DNA of 63,662 nucleotides, the filler included, from Octopus bimaculoides (taxonomy: Eukaryota), in assembly GCF_001194135.2 (NCBI RefSeq). It is 6 parts of 5 records of this genome, joined end to end, with 100 filler letters (N's around TTAATTAATTAA, not from the genome) between each part and the next. Parts side by side here need not be neighbours in the genome. Positions count along the whole stretch, not along the records: positions 1 to 6,262 come from NC_068981.1; positions 6,363 to 13,470 come from NC_068990.1; 4 more parts are not named here. One strand, written 5' to 3'. Below are positions 1 to 13,570 of this stretch, piece by piece (positions within the stretch are counted from its first letter, which is position 1; each line of letters opens with the position of its first letter). Both the position numbers and the translations under genes were made by a program. Under the pieces are notes generated by a model that had not been told where the DNA came from, made no database searches, and saw nothing but the letters and a program-made list of their open reading frames with translations.

Positions 1-413
1 ACGTGGGTGAGCAGGTATTGCAGAGGTGTTCGATCTGCAGAGGAAAGAGGCGGAAGCAACTGAGAAATTTTCGTAGTCCGCTATGTAGTGTACAAAACAA
101 TGTGCCTCTGTGTTTATTATGACTTTTGTTTCATTTTCATAAGGACAATTTTATAAAAAGTATATTTCCATCTTCAAGGTGGAAGGTAGTTATTTTAGGG
201 AGTTTGCGGAAGCTATTTCTAGAAAACAGAGCTTTCACGTCGAACAGGGGTTTGTCAACCACCAGGTCGCAGGCCTGAACCGAATCGAAGATCATGTGGT
301 ATCAAGAACACATCTTTTTGAAAAGCATGATGCAGGATTAAAACGTTGACTCATTGGGTATAAAAGGCACCCAAATTTACCAGCCTGTCATTTGTTTCTC
401 GAACACAACAAGT

Positions 414-1382
414 ATGCTAAGACTGACACGAAATCAGAGCGAGCAAGCCATCGGACGTCTCCATGTTGATCAACGTCCATGGTTCATTGCTAATGACTTG
501 AACTGCAGTATTCGGACAATTAAGTGGTTGAGGGAACGATAGTATGCCACAAACAGCATGAATGATCTTCCACACAGTGGCCAACCGAGGGTTACTACGG
601 CACGCCAAGATCGCAATCTGCACCGACAGCACTTGCAGGACCGATTCCAGAAGGCAACGGAATCAGTTACGCAGACAAGAGGGAGTCACCACAGACTTAT
701 GTGTGCAGAGACAGTTCACCGCCAGCTGAGATTTTTCAATCTGTCTTGTCGACGTCTGGCTACGGGCCCCATCCTCACAGATCATCATCGACAGGCACAT
801 CTGCAGTGGGCTTAAAAACATCAGAACTGGCGATATCAGGAGTAGAAGAAAGTCGATATTGCATTTCTGTGGCAGATGGCAGAGCTAGGGTTTGGAGAAG
901 AAGAGGTGAACGTCATGCCGATGGCTGTGTGGTGGAGAGAGACTCATGGGGAGGACAGAACATCATGGTATGGAGCGGTATTGCACTAAACCAGAAACTT
1001 GGATCAGTGGGCTTCCAAAACATCGGCCAAGGCCATGGCAACAGAGTAACCACTGCTTGCTACATCGACCAAGTGTTGAGGCCTCACATTGGACAATATT
1101 TTGCCCGTCATCGGACGTGCCCATACTGCCAGATTGACAACAGATTTCCTCCAACAGCACAACATCCAGACACTGCGATATCTTGCCCTAAGTCCGGACT
1201 TGAACCCTATAGAGGAGCTGTGGGACAAAATCCAAAGAAGGCTAAATGACATCCGTCCCAGGCTGACAACTTCAGAACAACTCACTACTATCCCCATGGC
1301 CTTCATCAATCGTTTGGTGCATTCAATGTACATGAGGTGCCTGGTGGTAATCAACGCTAAGGGTGGTCACTCGAGATATTGA
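414..1382 (+). pseudogene. Tc1-family transposase, disrupted by stops, frameshifts and deletions
   Basis: Fragments join into a Tc1-like protein: HTH N-terminus (MLRLTRNQSEQAIGRL...SGQPRVTTARQDR), RVWRRRGER, GGQNIMVWSGI, SPDLNPIEELW, and the C-terminus CLVVINAKGGHSRY*. The FSDES and QQDNA motifs are missing. Probable 3' TIR ends ...GTGGTTCAGTA at ~1573; no matching 5' TIR seen in the window. Confidence 0.9.
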
Positions 1383-1581
1383 ATTCATCACTTTGGATCC
1401 AGGACACTCCGTCATCACGTGACACCATTTGACGCCAAACATGTTTCAGGAAATGACGTTTTACATTAGGAAAAAAACGGTTTCTTAATTAGCACTCTTC
1501 AATCAAATTAGCAGTCTGCTAATAAACCAGTTTCTATTTAGTATGTGTGCGACGTTTCTTTTGTGGTTCAGTATATATATT

Positions 1582-1727
<146 letters not shown>

Positions 1728-1729
1728 TA

Positions 1730-2747
1730 TTGGGTCATCTCATAAATAATGCGTTTTGTTGTTCAACTTCATGAGCTAAAAGTCGGAGGGAGACGAGATA
1801 AACTACCTGCATCAACTTGCTGTAAAAGCCGGTAGTAATTTTACCCTGTCTTTATTCTTAGTGCAAATTGTGAAGAGTGCAGTTCAATTTTTACAGTTAC
1901 ACTTTTTTTGTCTTCTTTTGTTTGTTTTTGTTCTGGTTTAGCTTCCTGATTAAACAAATTTATGGTGTTCCAGTCGAGAGAAAGACGGGAGCTTGCGAAT
2001 GACTTATTCAATGGCATTAGTTATTATGTTATTATGGAAGTGACAAAAGGGCATATTCGGCATATTTTGCTTTATGAGTTCAATAAAGACAACAGCGCAA
2101 CGGAAAGTTCGAGGAATATTAATGCAGTATATGGGGATCGGACAACAAGCGTAAGCCAGTTTACACGGTGGTTCCAGAAATTCTGAGCCGGAACTACAGC
2201 CTAGAAAACGAACCTTGTCCTGGAAGATTTGTAGAGCTCGACGAGGATGTCCTACAAACCCTGGAGGAACAAAATCCCATCGTAACTGTTGAGGAACTAG
2301 CAGAGAAGCTTAGATTTGGTCATTCAGCCAGTCATTCAAGTCAACACTAGAAGAAAAATGACCATCCTTAGATAATGCTTGGCCACATACAGCATGGATG
2401 ACGTTCCAAAGGCAGGAGCAGTTTGAATGAGAAACGATGCCCCACCCACCATATTCGCCGGACATTGCCCCACCTGAGTATCATTTATTCCGCAGTCTTC
2501 AAAACCATTTGGACGGTAAAAATATAAATTCTGTAGACGAGGTCAGAACAGAAATGGAAGAGTATTTTTCGGCAAGGACAAATGAATTTTAGAAGAAAGC
2601 TTTGCAAGTCTATCAGATAGATGGAAGGATGGAAGAATATTGTAGAAAATGAAGGAGATATATTTTAGATTAAAAGGAACTTTGTTTGTCTAATTTTGAA
2701 AAATAAAAGTAAGTATAAAAAAACAAATTATTTATGGGACTATCCAA
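1730..2747 (+). mobile_element. Internally deleted mariner (DD34D-type) element with both TIRs and TA target duplication
   Basis: TA(1728-29)-TTGGGTCATCTCATAAATAAT at the left end matches the reverse complement of ATTATTTATGGGACTATCCAA-TA(2748-49). Transposase remnant from 2034 (MEVTKGHIRHILLYEFNK...RWFQKF; ...NPIVTVEELAEKL) to 2672 (NINSVDEVRTEMEEYF). The central catalytic region is largely absent. Confidence 0.9.
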
Positions 2748-3106
2748 TACACATGATAGGATNNNNNNNNNNNNNNNNNNNNNNNNNNNNNNNNNNNNNN
2801 NNNNNNNNNNNNNNNNNNNNNNNNNNNNNNNNNNNNNNNNNNNNNNNNNNNNNNNNNNNNNNNNNNNNNNNNNNNNNNNNNNNNNNNNNNNNNNNNNNNN
2901 NNNNNNNNNNNNNNNNNNNNNNNNNNNNNNNNNNNNNNNNNNNNNNNNNNNNNNNNNNNNNNNNNNNNNNNNNNNNNNNNNNNNNNNNNNNNNNNNNNNN
3001 NNNNNNNNNNNNNNNNNNNNNNNNNNNNNNNNNNNNNNNNNNNNNNNNNNNNNNNNNNNNNNNNNNNNNNNNNNNNNNNNNNNNNNNNNNNNNNNNNNNN
3101 NNNNNN

Positions 3107-3137
<31 letters not shown>

Positions 3138-4663
3138 CATACATAGACAGATAGATAGATAGATAGATTCAGTTAGGCCGAAGAAATGTTGCATTACCTA
3201 TTGTCTTTGAAAGGCTTTTCAGGCGTTTGAAATCAATGAACTTATGTTGAGTTTGAACCTCTGTTTGAAGTGGGACATGGATTCAAAGGGTTTCGATCTG
3301 CAAGGTAATGTTGCGGAAGGGATTAAGAAATATCCATATTTTGGTAATTGTTATACGAATACACGTATTAATGAGCGTGATTGTTGCGGTTATTTAACCC
3401 TAACTCAGCCTTGGTTGAACTGGATACACCTTGGTATCTCAAGTAACATCATTGCTGCGTAGCACTAATGACGTCATAATAATATTATAGTCACGCCAAC
3501 CTAAGTAATGCATTGGGGTCCCTATATAAAACCACAGCATACATATATTAGCATAGAGCTCATAGACTCGTAGAGAGCCTGGGTAACTATGTCCATACCT
3601 GAATACGGCCCTGCTTAGAACCACTGGTGGGGGTGATAATGTCAGAAGGTGTCGAAAACGTTGTGATCTCTAATCGGTAGCTGCCGAAGGGAATAGTCTG
3701 CGATGCCTGTTGTTTATAAAATATAAATATCAGAACATTACTTTAGAATACATCTAAAAATGCGCGTAGGCACGTGCATGTACGTGAATAACGGGACACT
3801 TTTTATCTAATTCTAAGTCATTGTCAATATTCTTGATAGTTCACATTGGTCTACTGTTGGTACGCAACTTATTCCGACACATTCACACGCATGCACGTTC
3901 ATAAGCACTTAGTATGAATTCTTTTATTAATATTATGCTGTCCATGCATTAACAACAACAACAACGACGAGAAAGGGCACTATTGACATCACGTATGACA
4001 CGTCTCTGAAGACCTGTGAAGGTCAGGAACACTGTCCTTCTGTCATGAATATACCACAATGAAAAAAGCAGAAATCAAATTTAATAGAAAACAGCGTAGC
4101 TGAGAATGAAAAGCTGACTTACATAGGATACTTCAAATGACGAGATGGTTGCTCATGGTAACAATATTATTAGCATAATATATAACACAAGCCTAAACTC
4201 TCAGATAGAGCATTCTTGTGGCAAACTAAACACCAGACTCCACGACAAAACTATTTTCTCATTAATGACAGAAACCTGACGCCAACGATGGTTTAAAAAG
4301 GTCTAAGACCGAAACACGTGCGGCATTGTCGCCCCTACCTGCCGTGGATCAAATGAAATTAATATTCAGTCATTGAGGGATTATTTTCTGCCTCTCATCC
4401 CACTCTTCATATGTATTACCTATTGATTTTTTCCTGCTCCTTATATTGTTCATTATTTTGATTTTTTGTTGTTGTTGTTGTGTGTGCGTAAAGATGCCAT
4501 CTTTGAGTAATTTCACTCAGTCATATATATATATATATAAACAAAAATAAACTTCAGATGAGAAACTGACACTATAGCTTTCTCACTAGTCTTGTCTGCA
4601 TAATAATAGTGAGAGAAAAAAGAATAGCTGTCATAACGATTGCTTCCTCAAAGTCATCGTCAT

Positions 4664-4845
4664 CGTTGTCTTGTTCTTGTTCTTGTTCTTGTTCTTGTTC
4701 TTGTTCTTGTTCTTCTTCTTCATGTTCTTGTTCTTCTTCTTCTTCTTCTTCTTCTTCTTCTTCTTCTTCTTCTTCTTCTTCTTCTTCTTCTTCTTCTTCT
4801 TCTTCTTCATTATCCTCCTCCTCCTCCTCATCATCATCATTATCA
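4664..4845. repeat. Compound (CTTGTT)n/(CTT)n/(CCT)n/(CAT)n microsatellite
   Basis: Direct reading; explains the overlapping low-complexity ORFs. Confidence 0.95.
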
Positions 4846-5953
4846 CAATATCATCTTATATTCACATACACATTTCACTTTCTTTCCAAGTTTTATGACC
4901 ACCNNNNNNNNNNNNNNNNNNNNNNNNNNNNNNNNNNNNNNNNNNNNNNNNNNNNNNNNNNNNNNNNNNNNNNNNNNNNNNNNNNNNNNNNNNNNNNNNN
5001 NNNNNNNNNNNNNNNNNNNNNNNNNNNNNNNNNNNNNNNNNNNNNNNNNNNNNNNNNNNNNNNNNNNNNNNNNNNNNNNNNNNNNNNNNNNNNNNNNNNN
5101 NNNNNNNNNNNNNNNNNNNNNNNNNNNNNNNNNNNNNNNNNNNNNNNNNNNNNNNNNNNNNNNNNNNNNNNNNNNNNNNNNNNNNNNNNNNNNNNNNNNN
5201 NNNNNNNNNNNATCATCACTACCATCCACTTTTAAAGAACCGTCTTTCTAGCCACGTAAATTGTTCTATCCATTCTTCAACTCCACTTTTTTGTTACACT
5301 CTCGTCAATAGTCCATCACTACCCTCATTCACATTAATGGCTCTACTTAATGTCTTCTGCCAATAGCTAAATAAGTCGTACCTTTTCTCGTTGTTAGTTA
5401 GCTGCTGACGGATTTCGAACGAAACAAATGCCTTTTGTTGGACTCATTATTTTATTAAACACACCCCATACACGTGCACACATATAATACAAATCAACGA
5501 GGGATATTCTTCTTGATCTGCTAAAAATAGCAGAGCAATTTCCTTGAAATCGTACCCTACTGTTTCACAAATGAAAAGCGCACGAGATAATGTAATCACA
5601 TGAGTGAATTCAGAAAAATTAAGTAAAATGCATAAAAGACGGGGTTATCAAAGCTTTTGATTATGGAAATGCTTATTCAGTTTGATTTGGAGCTAAATAA
5701 CATAACACGCATAGACAGATGCACACATGCACATATATTCCTTCATTTATGCGTTTATTATTATCATTATTCCTTCGTAACACTGTGTAGGTAAGACTGC
5801 ACCGGAGTCTTTAGTCGTCTGTCAAGTCACAACAAGGATCTCAGACAGATAATACTTTCCTTATGATCTACGCTGTGCCCAATAAGGCTGCTTTTTGCAT
5901 GACATCTATAATAATAACAACAATAATAATAACAATAACAATAATAATAATAA

Positions 5954-6262
5954 ATGGCCTCTGGCTTGAAATCAGAAACAGAGGGGTTTATCATAGCAGC
6001 CCAAGATCAATGCCTACCTACAAAGAACTACCAGGCCAACATATTAAAGAACGGCAGCTCCCCATTATGTCGTATATGCCAACAACAAAATGAGGCCATC
6101 GATCATGTTGTCTCCATGAGCAGTCTGCTTGCGCCTACAGAGTATCTCAACAGGCATGATAGAGCTGCACAATATATTCACTGGGTAATATGCAAAAACC
6201 TGGACTTGCCCCATAATAAAAACTGGTGGGAACACAAACCACCCCCAGTACTTGAAAATGAT
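5954..6262 (+). mobile_element. 5'-truncated R4/Dong-like non-LTR retrotransposon fragment (CCHC region upstream of the REL endonuclease)
   Basis: GLKSETEGFIIAAQDQCLPT...CRICQQQNEAIDHVVS...EYLNRHDRAAQYIHWVIC...WWEHKP resembles the zinc-knuckle/RH region of REL-type elements. It starts directly after a (TAA/CAA)n tract at 5908-5953 and is cut by the linker. Confidence 0.75.
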
Positions 6263-6362
6263 NNNNNNNNNNNNNNNNNNNNNNNNNNNNNNNNNNNNNN
6301 NNNNNNTTAATTAATTAANNNNNNNNNNNNNNNNNNNNNNNNNNNNNNNNNNNNNNNNNNNN
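6263..6362. other. Artificial 100-nt sequence linker
   Basis: 44 N + TTAATTAATTAA (6307-6318) + 44 N; the 12-mer places stop codons in all six frames. Confidence 0.95.
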
Positions 6363-7801
6363 TATGTATGTATATATATATATATATATATATATTTCTT
6401 TTGACATGTTAATAAGATTAAAATAGAAAAATAATTAGAAAGCCACGCACACACCCATATATATATTTATTTTGACTTCTAAATAAGACTGAAGAGATAT
6501 TATTCTATTAAATCTACTATAGTGTATTTAGTGATACTTATACGAACCAAAGAGGGAGACCTACTCTACAGTGGTAGCTCGACCTAAGCTTTTGAAACTA
6601 GTGCTGCAAGTACTGTCGTTATGGTTGTGCTATGCTGCTTGTGTTGCTGTTACTCTTGGTATTGTAGTTGCTGCTGTTGTCATCGCTGTATATGTACAGT
6701 TGGTAAAAGATGAGGCCTCCTTTCAGTCGTTACATAGTAGTTGTTGGGGGAGAAAAACCTTCAGATGATCTGTGTTTCCTCAACTGTGGCATTTACTCTC
6801 CATTACTACTTGCATGTGCTTCACTCCCGGGGTCTCTGTTAGGTCGGAGATCCTGTCTAGTATCTCAAATTTTACCCGAACCAGCATTTCCAAACCCATC
6901 CCAACCCAATTTTTCTTTCAGAAAATTCACTCCTATACAACCACATCGGCAGGCACGTATAACAAAGCCAGTGCCTCTGCAGATACTTTTAAACAGAGTT
7001 CAACTTACTATGGTGAGACTCGGTCCAGTTTACGGTTCTTCTGTCATATACATTTGTATATAATAGAATACATCACGCATATCCTATGGTATCGTGAGGG
7101 CTATTTTTTCTCAGTTGATGCTTCGTTTAGGTTTTCCCAGGCAGTGATGAATTTTGTCCAAATGGGACTAAATCGAAAGTTTTTCTAACACCAGCAAATG
7201 AATGGCTTTTTATTATGCTTTGACAGGTGTCGCAGCTATTGTTAACTTTGCTGCTGCTGATTTTGTGACAGTTTGTTGTTAAGAGGCGATAGCAGTTGTA
7301 ATACTCGTGGGGTAGCTACAGTAATTTGTTCAATGATACACGAGTTCACTCCCAGCTGCTTGTACGTTTCTTTAATGTAAAAATAAGGACAGAGTACAAC
7401 ATCATAGGATTTTCTGCATTGAATGTACTTTTCTTTTATGTGAAAATAAGGATATTGTACAACATAAAATTGTCTACAATGAATGATATTATATATGATT
7501 ATATCTTCAGTTTCAATACATCGTAGATTGTTTAGTCACTGAGCTAAAGATAAAAAAGAGTTCATAAAATGTCTCACGCTAGAAGTGACAAATGTATAAA
7601 AATTAATATAATCTTCAAGGATGTTCTCTCTTAGGTCTGCACTCATTGTACAAACTATATGGGCCCAATGCCATCTCAAGATAAATCACTTCAAAAGAAA
7701 TACCATTTTCAATTACAAAAATGACTTCCTGGTTTTCTATTAAGTCCCAACAAACTTATGGACTCACACACACACAAAAACATACGTATATGTATATTAA
7801 T

Positions 7802-7841
<40 letters not shown>

Positions 7842-7968
7842 CTATATATATTAATATACATATATACAAGGTGCGATGGGTAAATTGTTGCCATCTTATA
7901 TTTTTAATTTCGTATATGGGCATGTTTGTTTTTTTTATTGTGTCGACTATACATTATAGTAGGGTCAG

Positions 7969-8961
7969 TTGGGCACCGTCTGTGAGAAGAAAAGTACCAT
8001 AACGCAATTCACTCGGCCAGAAATTTGGAAACAACATGCTGTACTGCTTGGAAGCTCCAATACAAACATTACTGGGTGTTTGGATGTCAATCTGAAGACA
8101 GTGCAGAGGATGCGGAAAGGGTTGGATTACTCTAATGGTAACTACAAAGATACAACAGCTCAAAATACTCACTCTGATTGTTCTAATAAGAAAAGAACTC
8201 CTGAATTTGTTGGTGAGATCCAGACCATGATAGACAACACTCCCTCCATCTCAATCAGGTCCAATCAGGCAGGTAATGCAGGAAGACATTCAGTATTCCT
8301 CATACAAGATGAGAAAGGGCCAATTTTTATCCCAACCCAACAAGGACAAGAGGAAAGACCGCGCTACGAAGCTTTTGAACAAACTTAAGCATTCCCTCCA
8401 ACTGAATACGCTCTGTTTTTTCTCAGACGAGAAAGATTTCTTCCAGGATCGGATGGTAAAAACATACAACAACCATTGGGTTGCGTGTCCCCAAAAGATG
8501 TACTGATAAAAATCAAACATCCAGTCAACATCATGGAGTTTCGAGTGATCACTAGTGATGGCAACGTTATACTCTCATTCATCATCCCACACGGCCTCAG
8601 ACTCAACACGGAGGCCTACATCAAGTGTCTGGAGGATGTAGTGCTGTCATGGATCAAGAGAGTGGCTGCTGGAAGACCCTATGTCTGGCAACAGGACTCT
8701 GCAACATGCAACCCAAGCAAGAGAACCCAGTCATGGCAGTCAGACAATTTCTGTGACCACATCACCTCTAGCATCTGGCTACCTAACTCCCCAGACTGCA
8801 ACTCCCTTAAATGTTATGTGTGGGGCGCCGAAGATGAATTGAAAGCGAGGATTATGGCAGTATTCACCAACTTAAACAAGGAGACCGTCCAGAAGAGTTC
8901 CAGGAGATTCCGAAGTCGTGTGGAGGCCGTGGTTAAAGCCAATGGCGATTTTATTGAATAA
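7969..8961 (+). pseudogene. maT/DD37D-type Tc1-mariner transposase, frameshifted
   Basis: FFSDEKDF, then YVWQQDSA...WLPNSPDCNSL-K-CYVWG. There are 37 residues between the second D and the third catalytic position, which is K here instead of D. C-terminus RFRSRVEAVVKANGDFIE*. TIRs not identified. Confidence 0.85.
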
Positions 8962-8976
8962 ATTTACTTTCTAGTA

Positions 8977-9230
8977 CAGTGGTTCCTAAATTTTTGGAGG
9001 CTACCGCCCTCTTGGTTCTAGGGCCACATTCTTAGTGCACCCCACTCACCATCACAGCAAATACAAAACAGCAGTATTTCACAAATAAAACTTGACTTAA
9101 TTAACCCTTTATTTTTTTTTTTTTACATCCATTGACCCGTTTTGGTCACACCATTATCGCCCCGTTTTTCTTCAACGCCCTTGGATTTTTCTACCCGCAG
9201 GGGCGGTAACGCCCACTTTGGGAATCACTA
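8977..9230. mobile_element. hAT (Charlie-like) MITE, 254 bp
   Basis: Ends are CAGTGGTTCCTAAA and TTTGGGAATCACTA (imperfect TIRs of the CAGTGGTTCCCAAA type). The flanking 8-mers TTCTAGTA / CTAAAGTT match only partly. Confidence 0.65.
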
Positions 9231-9276
9231 CTAAAGTTTTAAGATATTTTCATGTAAATTTGGTAAATATATATAA

Positions 9277-9277
<1 letters not shown>

Positions 9278-9352
<75 letters not shown>
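9278..9352. repeat. (TATC)n microsatellite
   Basis: Direct reading. Confidence 0.95.
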
Positions 9353-9670
9353 CTCTATATATATATGTATGCATATATNNNNNNNNNNNNNNNNNNNNNN
9401 NNNNNNNNNNNNNNNNNNNNNNNNNNNNNNNNNNNNNNNNNNNNNNNNNNNNNNNNNNNNNNNNNNNNNNNNNNNNNNNNNNNNNNNNNNNNNNNNNNNN
9501 NNNNNNNNNNNNNNNNNNNNNNNNNNNNNNNNNNNNNNNNNNNNNNNNNNNNNNNNNNNNNNNNNNNNNNNNNNNNNNNNNNNNNNNNNNTATATATATA
9601 TGTATGTATATATATATACGCATCAAACAAATAATATAAATATATATGTATATGCGTTCATTTCTCTCCC

Positions 9671-9720
<50 letters not shown>

Positions 9721-9770
9721 TGTGTGTGTGCGTGCGTGTGCGTGTATGCATGTGCTTGTTTCTGTGTGCA

Positions 9771-9801
<31 letters not shown>

Positions 9802-10245
9802 ACAGGTGTGAAATTATCTATCAAGGACCTTGTTAAGCAGACGGCAAGTGAATAACAGAAAGCAGTGTGTGTGCTAACGCTGAGTTAGAGAGAAATATGC
9901 AGTACATCAGGACAGATGTCAAGGGTCATATACCAGAGGTCAGAAGCGAGACCATTTATTGGGCGAAGGGTAGTAGTAGTAGTAAAATATTAAAAAATTG
10001 TAGCAACACTATGTACAATACATGTAATGGGTATGTTGTTATCTACATACCTCCAGACACGCACCCGCACATACTGTCACACATGTGTGTATATGTGTGC
10101 TTACGTGTGTGTGTTTGTGTGCGCGTGTGTGTGCTTAGTGTAATGCGTTTGTACAACTGCTGTGTAATATTGGACTATACGTTCTGGGTTCAGTATTTTA
10201 TATACTTATTATTGAAAAGAGAAACACCGCCTTCGTTTCTTGCAG

Positions 10246-10320
10246 GATTTTCTCGAAATGAGGAGAATAATGTTGATGATATTCAGTGTGAAAATCACGA
10301 TATCAACAAGATAAAATTAG
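10246..10320 (+). CDS. Candidate 75-nt symmetric phase-1 exon (GFSRNEENNVDDIQCENHDINKIKLG)
   Basis: Acceptor cttcgtttcttgcAG|G, donor AG|GTacag, open frame, length divisible by 3. No homology recognised. Confidence 0.25.
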
Positions 10321-10370
10321 GTACAGGTTGTATTGGCAAGGGCTTTTAACACAATTTCAAAGACATGAAG

Positions 10371-10448
10371 TATTCTACTATAAGGTCAGGCCGACTAAAG
10401 TCTTGTGAGTGGATCTGCTAGACGGAAATTGAAAGAAGCCCATCGTAT
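10371..10448 (+). mobile_element. SINE family AB, fragment of 5' half
   Basis: ttctactataaggtcaggccgactaaagtcttgtgagtggatctgctagacggaaattgaaagaagccc matches the copies at 30620, 50140 and 60140. Confidence 0.8.
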
Positions 10449-10465
10449 ACACACATGCACACATT

Positions 10466-10499
<34 letters not shown>

Positions 10500-12286
10500 T
10501 AGAATAAAATGTAATATTACATTATAGTCTTATAATAATATAATATAATAAATGTTAAGTATTAAATAAAAATTGCATTCAATTGTTTCGAGTCTTACCC
10601 ATAATGAAATTATAAAAATCCATTATGACAGTTTATTTTTTTATATTTTATTTTTTATTTTTTATTTTTGTTTTTGTTTTTATTTATTGATGCTCACGTT
10701 TGAAAACATAAATATATTCAAATTCAGTTTTTTTTCTTGGATCTGTGAATCCTCATACATCAAAAATTACACTGAAGAGATACTCACCCACAAACAATGG
10801 ATTTTTATAATTTTATTATGGGTAAGAATCGAAACAACTGTATGTAATTTGTATTTAATATGTATTATTTATTATATTATATTAGTATGATAATATAATA
10901 TAATATTATGTTAAGAAATTTTAATTTTTGAATTGACAACTGTATATCTCCATTTTCTCTTCATTTTTATAAATTTAATATATAATTTAAAACCTGACCA
11001 TGTGATTTGTCAGGTTTTCTCTACAAAATTGGGTATTAAACAGCCATTGCAATATCAGTATCTGTAATCACCATAAACCATGAACTCTTTAACAAGGTCA
11101 ACTTTACGAGAATGGAGAAATAGTCATATTCCAAGATACAAAAGATTCACAGAGAACAAGTGTATTAAATATATATTCCCATGTATGTAAGTGTATTTGC
11201 ATGCATAAATATATAGGGAGATATATGTATGTGCGTGTAAGAATGTATGTACAATGAATGTGTGTGCGTGTATGACGTATGTCTATATGTATGTATTTAT
11301 GCATTAACCGTATGTACATATGAATCTAGTCCAGTGAAAATTCAACATGTCATCAATGAATATAAAAATAACGAATTACTGAATTATTTTAAACACTTCT
11401 TTGTCTTCATAATTTATTATATTGTTACTGTTTGATGACATATTTTATAATTCTGTTTTAAAAGTACTTGTAATTTGTTGTTTTCTTGTATATCTTGAGT
11501 AAATTTAATATTCATAATCTTTTCGTTTTCTTGTCTTTGGAATTTCTTTGATATATCTAATGAAGTATTAAGTATTTATTTTACGAGTATAAACATTAAA
11601 CAATGTTTAACGGTTTAATTACCCTGTTATTGATGAAACATCAAATTATGTATAACGATGTATTTACTCTGCGGATAAAAAGCATGCCGATGAATTTATC
11701 CACAATGTATTGGTTCACTTGGGAATTAGACTTGCCAGCTAATGAAATTACAAGTCATTTATTTCCTGCGATTTAATTACTTTTGGCGAAAATTTCTCAA
11801 AGCTAATAGCACTGCGACGATTTTTTTACAGTGAATTTTAATGGAATCTAGTATGATATATTCATTGGACCAGAATCTTGGTTTCCTTCTGGCTCAAAGT
11901 TATCTATCAAATATTACTCACAAGGTATTAAGGCTGGACATCTACTATATCATCTTTAAGGTTGGACATCTGCTATATCATCTTTATCAATCTTTATCAA
12001 TCTAGACTTCTAAAGATTATTTGAGCTGTGTCTCATCCTTTATTTCCCTTATATATAAAAGAAAAATGGAAACCAGGATTGGTGGTCTTATATGTGCAGC
12101 AACTGAGTGTGTGTGTAGATATATGAAACAAAGTTATTGCTCTGGCCTGCTGCTCTATTCAGTCAACTTCGTTAGAGAAAACTGGTAGTGGACATGAAGA
12201 GAGGTAACCGCGCCGGAACATAATAATACAACGTATCTTTTATTTGAAGTATTGATTGTATCCACCACCACCACCACCACCACCTG

Positions 12287-12451
12287 ACAACTGGTGCTGG
12301 TGTCTTTATGCCCCTGTAACTTAGCGGTTCGGCAAAAGGCCGATAGAATAAGTACTAGACTTTGAAAAAAATAAGTTCTGGGGTCGATTTTTCAAGGCAG
12401 TGCCTCAGCATGACCGCAGTCAAATGACTGAAGCAAGTGAAAGATAAAAGA

Positions 12452-12452
<1 letters not shown>
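12287..12452 (+). mobile_element. SINE family AB, 3' half
   Basis: gtaacttagcggttcggcaaaag...gatagaataagtact...cagcatgaccgcagtcaaatgactgaagcaagt, repeated many times in the window. Confidence 0.85.
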
Positions 12453-12500
<48 letters not shown>

Positions 12501-13218
12501 TACACACACACACACAAATATATATATATATATATATATATAAACAGTATTGAACACACGCACACATGGCATGTGTTTTGCCAGTTCGTGAGCAGGCTGC
12601 GATTATAGACGTAAGTGAATATATTCAGCTGATGTTACATTCGCCTGGTGTTAAAATACCCGGAAGTCATAGGCAAGCGAGATATCACACATCAGGTCCC
12701 GTTACAGGAGCGATAGACATCCATGTTTCGTCATTGTTGTGACTCACAATGATCGATGTCTATCGTTCCTGTATTTATTTATATAAAATTACGTTCCTTT
12801 TTTACCATCAGCTTTTCAGTTATTTTTAGTCAACAAGTGAACAACTTGTGTGTATGTGTGTGCGTGTGTGTGTGATATTTGTAAATATACATACATAAAT
12901 ACATAGACAGACAGACAAATAGGTAGATAGATAGGTATGAGAAATCACAAAAAACACAAGTTTATATCATTAGTTCCTACGTACTATTATGGTTATTTGG
13001 AACCCTTCACTGAATGTTCCAGATACATTTGGATGCTTAACCAGAACGGATCACCAAGGGAAACTTCATTGCATTAAGTTACAGAGAACTAATGGACATT
13101 AGTTCCTTTCATGATTAATAATACTCTTAATAGTTGCTTAAGCACTTCACTGGAAACAGACTGTAGAACTCTAGCCTTAACAGTAGCATCGTACATCTAT
13201 TTGTACACACAAAACACA

Positions 13219-13279
<61 letters not shown>

Positions 13280-13470
13280 AGTGTTTGTGTGTGTGTGTGT
13301 GTGTGTGTGCGTGTGCGTGCATGTGTGTATATGCATGTGTATACAGATATATATGTACGTATATATGTACATGTATATATATATATTGATATAATACATA
13401 CATATATATGTATGTATGTGTATATATATATACGTATATATATATATACATATATATGTATATATATATA

Positions 13471-13570
13471 NNNNNNNNNNNNNNNNNNNNNNNNNNNNNN
13501 NNNNNNNNNNNNNNTTAATTAATTAANNNNNNNNNNNNNNNNNNNNNNNNNNNNNNNNNNNNNNNNNNNN
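13471..13570. other. Artificial 100-nt sequence linker
   Basis: 44 N + TTAATTAATTAA (13515-13526) + 44 N. Confidence 0.95.

Noticed and set aside
3630-3670. Hammerhead at gtc-GAAA-acgtt-g
   Set aside because: The core is absent and the site would be NUG, which is not cleavable.
4005-4045. Hammerhead at CTGAAGA-cctg…cagg-AAC
   Set aside because: No GAAA in register, no stem III palindrome and no stem I partner.
4275-4330. Hammerhead at ggtc-taa-gacc-GAAA-cacgtg
   Set aside because: Stem II and a palindrome are present, but there is no CTGANGA and U16.1 is missing; at best a very decayed remnant.
6750-7260. L1/Tx1-like ORF2 C-terminus on minus (…PIWTKFITAWENLNEASTEKK*)
   Set aside because: Only a short, low-specificity resemblance; not enough to call.
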